DNA of 64,000 nt from Haplodiscus bocki (Eukaryota), in the NCBI GenBank assembly GCA_965655095.1, contig OZ296650.1:134044001-134108000 (forward strand), written 5' to 3'. The translations under genes and the position numbers were made by a program. Shown here piece after piece: positions 27,211-40,400 of this stretch. The notes under the pieces were generated by a model that was given only the letters and a program-made list of their open reading frames with translations, made no database searches and was not told where the DNA came from. Each line of letters starts with the position of its first letter. The stretch's first letter is position 1.

Positions 27211-28534
27211 TAAGTACAAATAACGAAGCTTTCGTGAAGTAGTTGTTGATTAATCAACGCAGTCTCTAACATGGTACCCTGCGTTTCATTTTTTGGTAAT
27301 GGCGTTTTTGTTCTCTTTCTTCTTCTTTGTTTCTTTTAGAGTATCAGAGTTGACTGGAAAGTTGTCATAATGTGACCGACAAAATTGTGATCAATTGTAA
27401 TTGTTTATTGTCCACTGTTTTAACAGAGCGACGCGGAATACGTACACCTGCTCATTGTCGACTGGGGTTCTGAAAGCAATCACATCCTTTTCCAGCTGAA
27501 AAAGAAATAAAAGTCTGGTGGTAAACCTGGACGACCAATGTTATGAGAGCTTCCTTCGGTATATTCGATTAAACAGATATTCCTATTTTATCGCGCAGCA
27601 AAAAATTGGGAGTTATTGGTTGTTTTAATGTGCATACAATTCAAATGGACTTTAAAGTGATCTTAATTTCTAGTTTTCGTAACTTCTCAACAAAATTAAA
27701 AGATTTTTTTGATTAAATGTCAGTTTAATCCGTGAAACCTTTGAATTTGGCATGTTGCGTTTTTTTTCTGTATGTTAGATTCTTTCAGTTACGTTTTCCC
27801 ATAAACTTTGAATACTGCAAACCCATGAAAATTGCTCTTTGTTCTGCGTTGTTTTTATGCCTGTTACTTTTTCATAGCTAAATGAACTTTTCATTGAGAT
27901 GAAACATTCCACAGATTACTTCCCGTAAAATATCGTTTTATGTAGCTTCGATTCAACTTCATTTGTTTAAGTCAAAGAACTGCCGATTGTTTCATTTCTT
28001 TTGAATTGCTATCCTTGTCTGTGCAATGAATTGTTTGTTTTTAAAACGAATTGCATTCATGCTATACTGGTTTCCACATAAAAAGACACTTTTATCCTGA
28101 ATTAACACGTTTTCAATCCGTATACTGTTTTCATTTGCATTTACAGCCGTTAATATTCTGTGAAAATTCATTGAAGAATGAAATTGTGACCAAACATACC
28201 CATCATTCACTAACGACTGAACCTTCAGACCGTTGAGACGTGGAAAAAAAGTTGAAAAAAGTCAGTTCCACATTTTGCGTGGCATCACGTAGTGAAACAT
28301 GTGAATTTTTTCAACAGAAAAATAGCAAGAACTTTGTTATCGAACCGTTTCATGTATACTAACAATTGTCACTGTGACGTGGAAATTTAATGAAGTTGTG
28401 TTTCATCGTGTTCAACGTCATCTTCTTTGTTTTGCTTTTGAAAACAATTAGTTCTGCGTCCTGAATAGGTTTACAAAATGTCACTGTGTAAACCGCGTTG
28501 TATAAGATGATGATTGAAAAGATTGTTCCAGATT

Positions 28535-29545
28535 ATGACCACCCATGTCAATACGGCCCAAATAACTGCTCCCAATTTCTTGCGCAACAGTGAGAACACG
28601 TATATCCGAGGTGTTGTTTTGGTTTTTAAAAAATTTGATCGTCCCCTACAGTTATTTCGACCGCAAGCTGTAAAAGCTAAAAGAATGACCCCTGACACAA
28701 ACTATGATCGCCTAATCATCATCGGCGAAATCCAGACGCGAGAATGCTTTGCAATAATAGCAGATTCTGCGCAGAAAAGTTCACTCCTTTTTGTTGACCG
28801 AAAATTAACTATTGGTGCCATCGTTGATGTGAAAGAAGCTATTTTTTCCAACTCCTGCCTTGGTAACGATCGAACCAATCCAATTTTCAACGTGTCTCTT
28901 CCGTTAGAGGTAGTTATCGACGACCTGCCAATGGAGCCTATTCCTATCGATTTGAATCCCTCGACGGGTGCAATGTTCCACTTCTGTCTCCCACACCGAC
29001 CCCTTTCGTTTTTGCACGCTATTCCTGTGTTTCCGACTTGTTCCGGTTTTTTGTGCGACAGAAGAAATAGAAAAAACGAAAGCATTTGTGCATGTTTGCA
29101 AAAATCAACTTTGTCAGCATGGGTCATGTCAGCAAGGGTAGTTAGTCAGGACATATTGAACGAAGACGATGATCCTCTAACAGGGGATATTCTGCAAAGT
29201 TTGTCATTGACCAAACTTTTTTGTGAGGAAGCTATCATTAGATCGGCATACACATCAATTGACAGGGGACTTTTGAGAGAAGCCGTCATGCGTGTTGCTA
29301 ACCATGTTAATAACAATGGTGGGTGGAGAGTGTCAGGCTTCTACAAAACTGCTTTAACAGAAGAAAACATTGCGCAAAATGTTCAAAGGGTGAGAATTTG
29401 TCGAATCACTCCAGCGATTGAGATCCCTGTGAACTTGAAGTACAATGTGATTCCTTGGAATGGAGATGATACAAACCAGCCACCACGCCTTTTTCACGCT
29501 AACGCAAATTTGCCGGCAAGTAACAATGCAAACAACATGAGATGA
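28535..29545 (+). CDS. Conserved 336-aa accessory protein (unit 2 variant)
   Basis: ATG at 28535 aligns with the starts in units 1 and 3; intact; shares YDRL, CLGNDR, MFHFCLP, CSGFxCD, NGGW..GFYK, AQNVQRVRIC. Confidence 0.85.
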   Translation: MTTHVNTAQITAPNFLRNSENTYIRGVVLVFKKFDRPLQLFRPQAVKAKRMTPDTNYDRLIIIGEIQTRECFAIIADSAQKSSLLFVDRKLTIGAIVDVKEAIFSNSCLGNDRTNPIFNVSLPLEVVIDDLPMEPIPIDLNPSTGAMFHFCLPHRPLSFLHAIPVFPTCSGFLCDRRNRKNESICACLQKSTLSAWVMSARVVSQDILNEDDDPLTGDILQSLSLTKLFCEEAIIRSAYTSIDRGLLREAVMRVANHVNNNGGWRVSGFYKTALTEENIAQNVQRVRICRITPAIEIPVNLKYNVIPWNGDDTNQPPRLFHANANLPASNNANNMR

Positions 29546-30307
29546 ACACTTAATTGAACCAACAAAACTCAAACAAATCTTATGTCAATCACTGTTGTGA
29601 TAATTTTTACTACAGTTACAAATACTTGATTACCGGTTCAACACAGGTATTAGAGACATTTAAAACAAGGTGCAATGAATCATTCAGCAAGCTACCGAAA
29701 GTTGTTTGCATGCAACATCGACTGTCACAAGGCATTCGACCGTAAGGTGTTTGCCCAAAACTAATAGATCAATTGTCGTTAAAGAAAATGAGAGTTGTCA
29801 TGAAGTGGATTTATTTTACGTGCATCCACTTGAATTTTCAAGGGTTGCTACTATTCATTTGCAGTTAAATTGAGATTTCATTTTGTTTTACTGGTCAACT
29901 TTATTTAGCACCGTTTAAGTTGTTTTCTGTAGTTGGTAACTATAAACTTCATTAAAAATTAAATGGGTCTCTCAGAGAAAAGTTTGTGTGCAGTTCCTTG
30001 TAACTAATCACCTCAAACCTAATTCAATGTCCGCTGAGACAAAAAAAAGTTGCTACAGTTATGTTTAAATATAACGTAATTTTCACAATTTAAATTACAA
30101 ACAATTCGAAATTTAAGGAAAAAACTGCAACGAGTTTTTATGGATGGGCCCTAGTAAGAACTTGTGTCACCGACAGTTTCGCAGCCGACTAGTTTAGCAC
30201 GAAATTTTAGCAAAGCTTCACTCGCGCCTCCAAAAAGTTGACGGATTTCAAATAGATCAAGTATTAAAACTGACTTTTTAGCGGGTTTTTCTTTTTTCTT
30301 TCACAAA

Positions 30308-30915
30308 GAATCATCATAACCGTCATTATTTTCGGCAATTTCACCTAAACTTTTTTTTGTCGCAAAGTTTTTTTTCTTTTGATACAGTTCCCGTCACGTT
30401 GTGACGAAAGCTCACATCACTTTTTCGACATCAACTTGGGAGAAATGACAAAATGCTCGATTTTGGCCTAGTTTTGACAACTTTGAAAGGTCATATCTCC
30501 TAGGGCAATAGGAGCTGGCCAAAAATTTTTGGCATGTAGGTAGTCCACAACAATTGTGCTTCATACAAAAAATTTCGGTCCATTGCTATGGATAAAGTGT
30601 GGAGATTTTGCGAAAAAAACATCGAAAATGGCCAAAAACCAGGATCATTGCGTCATATCTCCCCAACCAAAACAAAAACAATGATGTAGGTGCCAAAAAT
30701 CTTCATACATCGGCGGACTCTAGCCACATGCAAAGTTTGATCGAAATCGTATGGTTAGGTTTCGAGATCGTCTCCTTTTCGGCGGGTTCAGTGTAAGTGT
30801 AAACTTGATTTTTGAAGCTCGGCACAGGGCCCCTCCCCCGCCTCGCAACATGGTTTTGTGGGGCTAAAGAGCTAGACCACCCAGTGGAGGCGACGGTGAA
30901 AATTACCAGAAGGCG
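30308..30915 (+). repeat. Terminal module, unit 2
   Basis: Starts tcataaccgtcatt; ends GGGCCCCTCCCCCGCCTCGC...GACCACCCAGTGGAGGCGACGGTGAAAATTACCAGAAGGCG. Confidence 0.85.
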
Positions 30916-33900
30916 TGAGGTTTGAATCGGTGTTTCTTTCGTGTTCAGATTTATTTTCTGCGACAAACGGGCGTAGTCCTGTCATTGTGCGTCAGTCAAC
31001 GTGAAGCCGTGAAGCAGTATGTTGTCAATTTTTGTGACGAAGACGAAAAATGCCTTTTGGGCGGCAAATATTGACAAAATTATCGTCGTCAATCCTTATT
31101 TCAGATTGTTGTTCTAACTTCTATGTCTCCTGCATGAGAGGTAACTTTGTTTTCCTGTAGACGCACTGGATTTGCCGATGCAGTTTGGGAAAGGTGCAGT
31201 TAGGCGGTGAATACGAAGGGGCCGGAAGTATGCTGAGCAATGAACAGTTGTTATCTTGGAACAAAATATGTTTTTGTTAAAATTTAAGTTTAACAGTTAC
31301 TTTTTAATCTTTTCTTCAGCTACCAAAATTCTGGGTTTTTGTCCAATTCATTAGTAAAATTTATCTGTACTTAAAATATGAAAGGTGAGTAAAGTTTTGT
31401 TTTAACTCTAAGTTTTTATCCATACTTTTGCTGTTTCTTTTGGAGCTGTTCCCAGAAATTTTTTTGTCTCATTGCTGTTGTTGTTTCTTTAAACAAAGAA
31501 AAAACTTGACTGGTGTTCAATTACGCACTCCAAAGTTATGTTTGGATTCTGCCTTCGTGGAAAAAACAATAATTGTTTTGTTGTTTCTAATGTTTTCTGC
31601 AGGGATGAACTTGACAATGCAGCTTTGCAATGGGATACTAACATTTAGTGAACAAAAATCAGGATATTGGAAGCGGGTGGTCTCCACGAACCTTAAGCGT
31701 TGTTTGAACCTCGAAAATCACGAGCAAGTTTCTCCAGTTTCTCATACCTATGAGATTCATTTTCAAGGTTTTCAATGATTGTTATAACTTACATTGGTTT
31801 TTTGAAAAATGTGTCTGATTAATATCAACCACCCATTCCGCCGCTTTCGAAAATGAATTTCTGAATAGTTTTGTTGAATGAAATTTTAATGTTCAAAAAA
31901 AAGAGGCAACGGAATGATGACTTGTTTTTGATCGACACCAAATGCTATTTTTTTTCCGGGCTCAGGTGGAGTTTTTTATTGGAAACGTTGCACTACGCAT
32001 CTGGTAGGTAATTTATTTTTTTGTTGTTTTGTATTTTAATGGATAACACGATTCATCACAATCATTTCTTCAATTAAGGCTTCCTGCGCTGTAGCTGCTT
32101 CTTTTTGTTTGAATCAAGCGTTTCTTGACGGGAAAGGTCCGGTTTCCCCTTGTGTTGGCATGAAGTTTCACTAACCAATAATGTTTTTCAATCAGCACAT
32201 AAGTAGAAAAGTAAAGATGGCTACTGCACGCTTCCTCGTGGCTTCATGTTTTCGCGTTAATTCGCTTTCTTCATTTGTTTACAACGTTGTCCGAGCCAAT
32301 TTTCCCTAAATAATTACGTTTTTTATTCATGGCTTCCCATTGACATGACTGTCCTGCTTTTACGGTAAACATTTTTAAGAAAAGCACCCAACCTTTTTTT
32401 CCGCAATAATGTCTTCCTAAAAATAATTTCCTTTTTTGAAGACTGTACTGACAATTCGAAATTTCCGATATTTTCGCGAAACTAATAAGTTTCGTTAGTC
32501 CAGATTGAGTAACGAACGGGGCATTTCCTCAGCTATTTAATTCCATCACTTGTTCAACATTTTACCGAATTTCAGATTCGTCCTTCCCTTCTTTGACTTT
32601 TTCTTCCTGATTTTAAATTATAGAATTTCCAGAAGCAAATTATTGTTTTTTATTGTAGAGCTTATTATTTTATTCACAATGTTTTTCTAATTTTGCTAAT
32701 TCCCATCCTGATACTCTGATCCCCCAGAGTCATTTGGAATTTTGGTGGACGGAAGGCAATTCACTTCTGCAACCTTATGCTAGTTCTCTTACGACTGTTC
32801 ACATTAGCATCTGTTTCACCGCAGACATATATAAAACATCGTTAATGTTTGTAAAGTGATTGATTAAAAATAAAAACCTATTTCATCTTTAACTTCATAA
32901 ATATCTTTTATATGCGTAACTTTTTCTCACACGCAATGGCTGGCTTTGGCAGCCTTTTTCTGCGGAATAATATTTCCGTTAACTGCCAATTTTCTCACTT
33001 GGACTAGCCTGGTTGTTTAAAAGTCAATGCTTTCGAATCTTAAGGTCCACTTTGAGGCTCTTTCTTTCCTGCAGTGAAGATTTTATGAAATGGCTCCACT
33101 GCCAGAAATTCAAAATTTCAAATATGCTTTACTTGTAAAAGATCATCGGGAAGTGGATGTTCATCTAATTGTCAGTAGACGGAATCAAGACAATAAGAAG
33201 CCAAGGCGGGATAGCCATATTGATCAATGACTTTAACCGATTCAATTTTTCAAGTTCAATATGCAAACTATATCACAACGATTAACTGTGTCTGAATGAT
33301 GCTAGGCAGTTGGAATTGCACACAACTATGGCACTTTTTGAACATCCTTGATCCATTCTTTTTATGTTTTCATCAAGAGATTTCGTATCTGGAGCCTTGA
33401 AATTTTCCCCTCTGTTCCATCAACGTGCCTGTTCATCTATCACCGTTAACGAAAGGACATGAAATAAAACAACGAATAGAGTTTGCGGAATTTGTTACTA
33501 AGCTCTTGATTTCAAGAAGCTTTCCAACGTTGAAGTAATTTAAAAAAAAATACTAAATTCATTTTTATGACGCCTAAAGACTGTCAGTAGTGGTTTACGT
33601 TGTGTATTTCAATGAAATAGGCCGTGAATATATGATTTTGAGAATTTGTCGGAGAGAAAAGTGAATTCGACGGAGAATGATGGAAATGTAGAGCTTCCCA
33701 TTGTTCCTCCCAACTGAAACAAAATTTGTACCAACAATTATCTGTACCCCCTTATTTGTATGAAATTGTTATTCGATGCTTTTTTTAGACTGTCAAATTC
33801 TTGAGCTTTTTCGTATCTTAAATCTGGTCTCTTTTCGTCTTCTATACGACATTTTCTTCGAAACCTAGACTGATCTTTTCAACTTTACATCTGTTAAAAC

Positions 33901-34171
33901 AAGCTACTTACTTCATAGATGAAACAAAGGTACTGATTTTTTTGGGCCCTTGAATATAAAGTTTTTTTACCTGCAAAAACTGAATTGAATTGATGCCTGG
34001 TTTACACCAGTGAAAAAGACTACGAACCTCTGAAAACTTTGTTGGGTCTTAATTTACCCAACTTCAGTTACTTGGTGCCATTTTTTGCAAAAAGTTTTCA
34101 AGTTCCTAAGTGTTTTGTGAAACTGAAAAATTACGTTGTGTTCGATTGAAGTCAATACAACTGCTGAGGAA

Positions 34172-34209
34172 GCCTTGGTTTTGCTCCTGTGCGTTCGCAA
34201 AACCAAGGC
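34172..34209. promoter_or_regulatory. 13-12-13 inverted repeat (unit 3)
   Basis: Perfect GCCTTGGTTTTGC-tcctgtgcgttc-GCAAAACCAAGGC. Confidence 0.9.
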
Positions 34210-34470
34210 GTCTGGTTTATGAATGGTTGGAATTGAATTATGATTTTTTACAGTACTGCCTTATCTTTTTCGCGGCATCGAACCTGAAATTTAATTAGGC
34301 AGGCAACGGTTTGTAATTGAACCGTAAAAGACTTCGCTCAAACGACAATTTGATGTATTTACCTATTATACGAATTTCCCTGCTAATTCTTCAACGTGTG
34401 TTTGTATTGTAACATCTTGTTTTTTCATATAGTCATGATCCCACTGAATTAATGTCTGTTGTGTTTTACA

Positions 34471-37400
34471 ATGTCAAAACAAAACAACAAAGGAAACTTG
34501 AAGCGTCGTCGTTGTACTTCCTGTGGACAATTTGTTGGAGAACATCATGTGTGTGCAAAATCAATTGAGCTGGAACTTCAGGTCAACGAGCCTTTAGGAA
34601 TTTTATACAAAATTCCCGATGCATCAGTTGCTGTGTCACCTACCGCGAGAACGGAGATACACAGCTCGCTGAACACTTTGGGGTTGATGGACTTTTTAAA
34701 GCCTACAAAAACAGCTATCGGAAACGATACAGTTATCTGCTCCATGCAGCCAGTCCGGGTAACAGCAGTGCTTGGGGACGGTAATTGCCTTTTTTCTTCT
34801 CTGGCAGTTGCTCTGGGACTGTCACATGAATGTGGCCCAATCATACGTAACATTATTGTCAGCCACATGAATTTAATCAGTTTCCCCCCTAATAGCCTGC
34901 AAACATCTGTTTACTCCGATGACTTTCCCAACCAACATCGTGTTTTGAGTTGTACTTCCGTCGATGAGTACCTCCGCGAATCTAGAATGGCAGAAAATGG
35001 TGTTTTTGGAAGCTGTGTAGAAATATATTCATTTTGCCAAATCTTCAAAGTAGATGTTTTTTTGTACCATGTTCCATTCAAATCCTGGATGATTTATGAA
35101 TGTTCCTCCAACGTAAATAGAAAAGGAATTTTCATTCCACAAAACCGGAATGCAAATCACTTCGAGGTGATAACAGAGCTGGTTTCAATTGGTCCTGAAA
35201 GCTCCAGCTTATCGCAAGTTGCATCAATTAATCGCCCTCCTTCTCAATCAAGCGAAACTAATCATTGGAGTCAAGCCTTGCAGAACTGCGAAGGAACTGA
35301 AACTGAACCAGCTTCGAAAAAAAGCAAAGTCAATTCTGATTACACCTGGGAAGAGCACCCTGACCCGCTCGCATTAAGTCTCTTCGCCAATTCTGTATCT
35401 ACCAAAATGAAGAAACTTTCGGCCTTGGAAACATTATCAACAAATTCAACGAACCTCCCAAAGAACGATTGTTCACAAATGCTGGAACCCCCATGTTTTG
35501 ACTTTTCCCCAACAGATAGTGTTTCAGGAAATATGCACACGAACGGCGAGTGCCCAAATTTGGGCGGATGTGACTGTTGCGCAAAATGCATGCGCCAGTC
35601 AACAGTTCTTTACCCTTTAAAGTTGAAGAGGAAGAATAAATTTGATCTTAAAAACCGTGTGTTTGGAAACAAGCTAACGGAGCCCATTGTTGTTTTATGT
35701 AAGCTCTGTCTTCTCTATTGCACAACCGAAAGTTATGATTGGTACAATGCTTGGCCCTCTGTGTTTTTCAGCCTATTGAGTGATCAAGACATGCCAGTTA
35801 GAACCCAAATGGATATTTTGTCTTTGTTACCTTGGGAATTGAGACAGCAGTGGATGACATCCATGCACTACTTTCCCCTGTGCGTTCAAAGATGTCTAAG
35901 TCGGAAACGGATTGCTGGGAAATGTTCCGTTGATGGGACGCTTCGTTTGCGTCGTTTCCACGAACTCATGAAAACCTTGAAGCAGACTAACATTGCTCTT
36001 GCCCTGGACAATGAACCTTATCCCAACGTCCGCTGCCCATATGGGTGCTGGTGTTTCATTGAAGAATCAGGTTGGATACCCGCAAATCACTTCATCAATC
36101 TTTTTGAAAGAAACTTTACCTCGTTTCAGTCCTCCAGCTTCCTGCATCTAAGAGGAATTAGGTCCGACTTTTTGACACCATTTGTGTCCCTGCGCCAGTT
36201 CTTAGTAGCGACTACAGTGCGAGTTGATGAAAAAGCGGGACTCGTGGTTCAGGCTTGCTCCAGGCACTCAAGAGGCTCCAGTGTGCAGTACTTTCATCCG
36301 CCATCACATCCTTCGCTGGTGCGAACTACAGTGAATTATGAAGAACGTCTTAGTGCCATCGCACCCACATTGTCGTTCATCTCAAGCATAAAAGCCAACT
36401 TCGCCAGTCATACGTACCAATTGCTAAGAAGTGTTGGCTCTTACAGTGGAATGAGCACAGTCCGATTGAAGCGGAAAACGCGCTGGGATTTCACTAGTGA
36501 CATTTTGTATCATGCTGAAGGCGTCGCTTGTCATTTCAGAGAAGACATCAAAACAATGATTCGTGAGTGGGTAAGACAGGGTAAAATCCTTGATGACGTA
36601 GCTTCGGGAATGCTGGATTATGTACCGGACAAAAAGAAAGTCAACAGTTGTTTGTCACAGGCCACTTCAATAGACTTACAAACATGCCTGAACCTCACGA
36701 AAATAGTGGAAATGAATGAAAAAGAATATCTCAACAATGTTGAGTCGTTGAGTTGTTACACTCTCGTTCATGGGAATGATGATTACGGCTGCTCTCCACC
36801 TCCTCTGGAAAATAGAGTAAGCATAGTATCGTGGATTGTGCAGGCTGCAGTTTGTGTTTCCCCAATACTTTGTCGATCCTTAGTGAAATCATCAAAATAC
36901 AGTGTGACACTTAGGCCTTTGTTCACTTTACTCAGGAAAGTGTTGCTTGGCACCGCAAGAATGAATACAGCAAAAGTTTTATGGCTTGTTAGAAAATCCG
37001 AACAAGCAGTCTCAGCTGTCATAGAACAAACTAACACTGATGACAAAACAGAGGGAACAACCGACTGTTGTTGTTTTGTAGGAGCAAGGTTTCTTTCAGA
37101 AATTTGTGACACCATTCAACACGTTCCCTTAAACAAACGGAAGAATATCGGTTCAGCCACAACAGAGCAAGTTTCGTACAACATGACTCATGCCATTTTT
37201 ACGACAGGTTCCCCAAAAAATTTGCGGAACAAGGTGAAACCACCGTTAACCCTGATTATTTCCGACAATGAATTCGAATTGATTGCAGTTGGAACGAAGG
37301 ATGGAAGCAGCAAGGGAGAACCGAGGTGGTTGGTTAGACATGGAGGGAGGTTTCAGGGGTTTTGGCTCATTGAGAAAAGTAAAAAATTTGCCACAAAAAC

Positions 37401-40400
37401 AGAAGGCTCTCCGACTGATGCCCTGGAAACTTTCATTCGGGGTTATTGGACAATTGCAATTTATCAAAAGTCAAGAAATGTTGAATTGATTGATTTGAAG
37501 TGGAAATTTCTGAGCACTTTGACAGGTCAGGGTATTTTTATTTGTGCACATCACACAATTCCTTTAACAAGAGATTTCAGAAACAGTGGTTTCCAATGTA
37601 GATGTAATCGTGCATCGTTTTTGCGCTGCCCGCATTTGCAGTGCTACTCTTGCGTTTGCAAGCGTCTTTTCAATGAAGGTCTACAGCAGCAACACAGACG
37701 TATTTTAATTGATTCAGTACCGTTGGAGAAGTTAAATAAAACTAATTCCCCTTCTCTGGTATCGGAATCATCTTCGTCACGGGATTTTATTGAGCCCAAC
37801 AGCATGCCTGCAAATGAACCAATTCAACCAGATGCGGCAGCAGAAACGCTTGACATTGCATCAAGCAACAGTTCGTCCGTCAGTTATATTGTTCATCCGG
37901 AAACAAATGACGAAGAATTCGAAGATGACAACTTGAGAATAATGGCTACATTAAAAACCAACTCAGATGAAAAACTGATTTCCGTGGATCTTGAACGAAA
38001 AGAAGATGCCTTCAAACTACCGCTCCATATTCTTTTAAACTCACAATGCAATCTTCTTTATCGACGTAACGGGAATCCAATCAGCCTTTCTCTGAAAGAA
38101 AAACGTTTCCTGGAAAATATTTCAGCTGTTTCGACGTCTGCATTACCGCTCATTCAACCCGAAGCTCTTCTTTTTCCATCGATTTTTTGGTGTCAAGCTA
38201 GCAGCGGCAGTTTTCCAGGAGCAATACCAACGGCTTTATACAATTCATCCAAGTACAACAAACAGCTGGGTTTCGCCGGTTTGGATGACATGCTTCGAAC
38301 TCGAATCAAGGACGGCTCTCTTTTGACATCTTGCAATCCTACTTATTTGCAGTATGTGTTTGATTGCCTCTTGAACATGCAGCTTCATAAAAGTGACATT
38401 AGGATAATACTAAATCGAGGATGGCAAGAAGTTAATTCGGTTCCTCATAATTGCTCTTTTCTTTCGACTCAAACTTTCAAGTTTGATTGTGCCGAAAGTC
38501 GAAAAAATGTCTGCGAACTTGCGGCTTTGATTACAGACAAAAATCCAACCTACTTTGTGACATACACTTGTAGTCAATCGACCCACCCGGGGATTCGCAA
38601 AATCTTTGAAGCACTGCATGAAATGTATCCCGCAGAAACCACTCCAAAGGAAGTACTTGCAGCAGCAATTCAAGCTGAGCTCATGCCCATGCTCAGGTCT
38701 TGGTACCGCGCCTCTCAATATGTAATGGAATGGGTGAAAAATTCACCAGAAGAACCACTTGGTCCTGTGTCTCATATTTGGATGAGGTACGAATGGCAAG
38801 AAGAGACAGCTGGCTTTCCACACTTGCATGCTATATTGTGCACACCAGAAGATAAATTTAGTGATGATGTACGATCTCGAGTTTGCTGTTCAAAACAAAC
38901 GTTTTTGGGTGGCTTAGAAGTCAGTTGCCCCGAATTGAACGCAGTCGAACGTTTCCAACTGGGTAAACTTTACCAAAAGTATCAAACCCATAACTGTTCG
39001 AAAGGCCGTAAACGTTGCCATAAGAAGACAGACAGGCTGGACAAACCAATTTGTCGTGTACCTAAATATCCTCCTTCGAATTGTTTTTCTTTCAAGGAAA
39101 TTCCTGTGAACTTTTCCTGCGAAACAATGGGACTTCTGCGAGAAATGGAACTGGCAGACATAGATGAAAACTCGCTATTCCCAAAAGTGAAAGATCCTTT
39201 AACGGCCGGAAAACATCATTATCCCACTGTTTCTAACGAACATTATTCACCAACGAACGCTGCTCTTTTTGCTTTGACACAATCCAGCACCAATGTTCAA
39301 ATATGTGACGACTACATGGCCCCCCGCTACGTTGCAAAATATGCAGCCGGCATTGAATCTCGAGCAGTTGCCAAAATTGTTGCTGGTGAAACAGAAAATA
39401 GTGTCAAAGTTTTAACAGAACCAATCGCACATGAAAAAATAGCTGGGGTACAGGCTTCGCAAAAGAAAATGAGAGGCGATGAAAAACAAAAATCGGTAAC
39501 TGGTCGTGTGGTCAGCATAACAGAGTGTCTCTGGTGGTCCTTACAGCTTCCTTATGTCTGCACAAATGTCGATTTTGTTCACGTGCCAACTGTTCCCAAA
39601 GAAAATCGATCTGGAATTATCACTGAAAAACGCTTTAGCAATAAAATTAAGTTGGGCGCCACGTTTATGGAAGGAATCCGAGTTCGGAAACACGTTTTAC
39701 AACTTCCAAAGCACCGGCAGTTCACAAGAACACAAAGTTTTCTTCTTGCAGATGTTGAAAACAGCTCTATTTCGCCAGACAAAGTAACAGTTTTTGGACT
39801 CCGCCCACCTGAACTTTTGTTTGTCTCGAAGTTAAAAAATTACTACAGTTGGTTTGTTCGTTGTAAACCGCAAACAAAAAAATCCATCAGCAATCATGAA
39901 GTGTTCTTGAAGAGAAGCTTCCGCAGAAGTTGTTGGGTTGATGCATTGGGGTATTTGGTTAAACTACGCCCTTGTTCAGTGGACGCTTTCGTAAATTTCT
40001 GTCGTGCAAATGGTACCGATGGACGGGATGGGATTCTGAAACGCGAAATGAGAATACACATTGTTCCGTTGCTTGTGACGAAAAAAGCATCACAATTTGT
40101 TGCTCACTGGAAGCAGTTGTCCGAAGAAGATGCCGTGGTTGTTTTCAGTAACGTTTTGCCGAATAACCCAACTAAATTTCTACTACATGTGCTCTTGACT
40201 AATGGAGAATTTGACACAGAGATGGACATTCTGAACGTGCAGTCTTTCAAAGAAGCTTTCACAACAGCTAAAATTATTCCAAGCTGTAACATAAACGCCA
40301 AGACCGTGCAAAATTTAACACGGAATTATTTGCTGAAACAGCTGCGTTTTGTACCTGGGTCCTCGAAACTAATTGACAAATACCTTTTAATGGCTCACAG

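Larger units (their letters stand above)
14011..30915 (+). mobile_element. Helitron-like element unit 2 (most divergent; defective)
   Basis: Full gene set plus palindrome and terminal module; ~16.9 kb between terminal motifs. Confidence 0.8.

Noticed and set aside
31000-34100. Genes in the 5' spacer of unit 3 (and 49000-52400 of unit 4)
   Set aside because: Only short, stop-interrupted frames without recognisable motifs or a second copy to support them.
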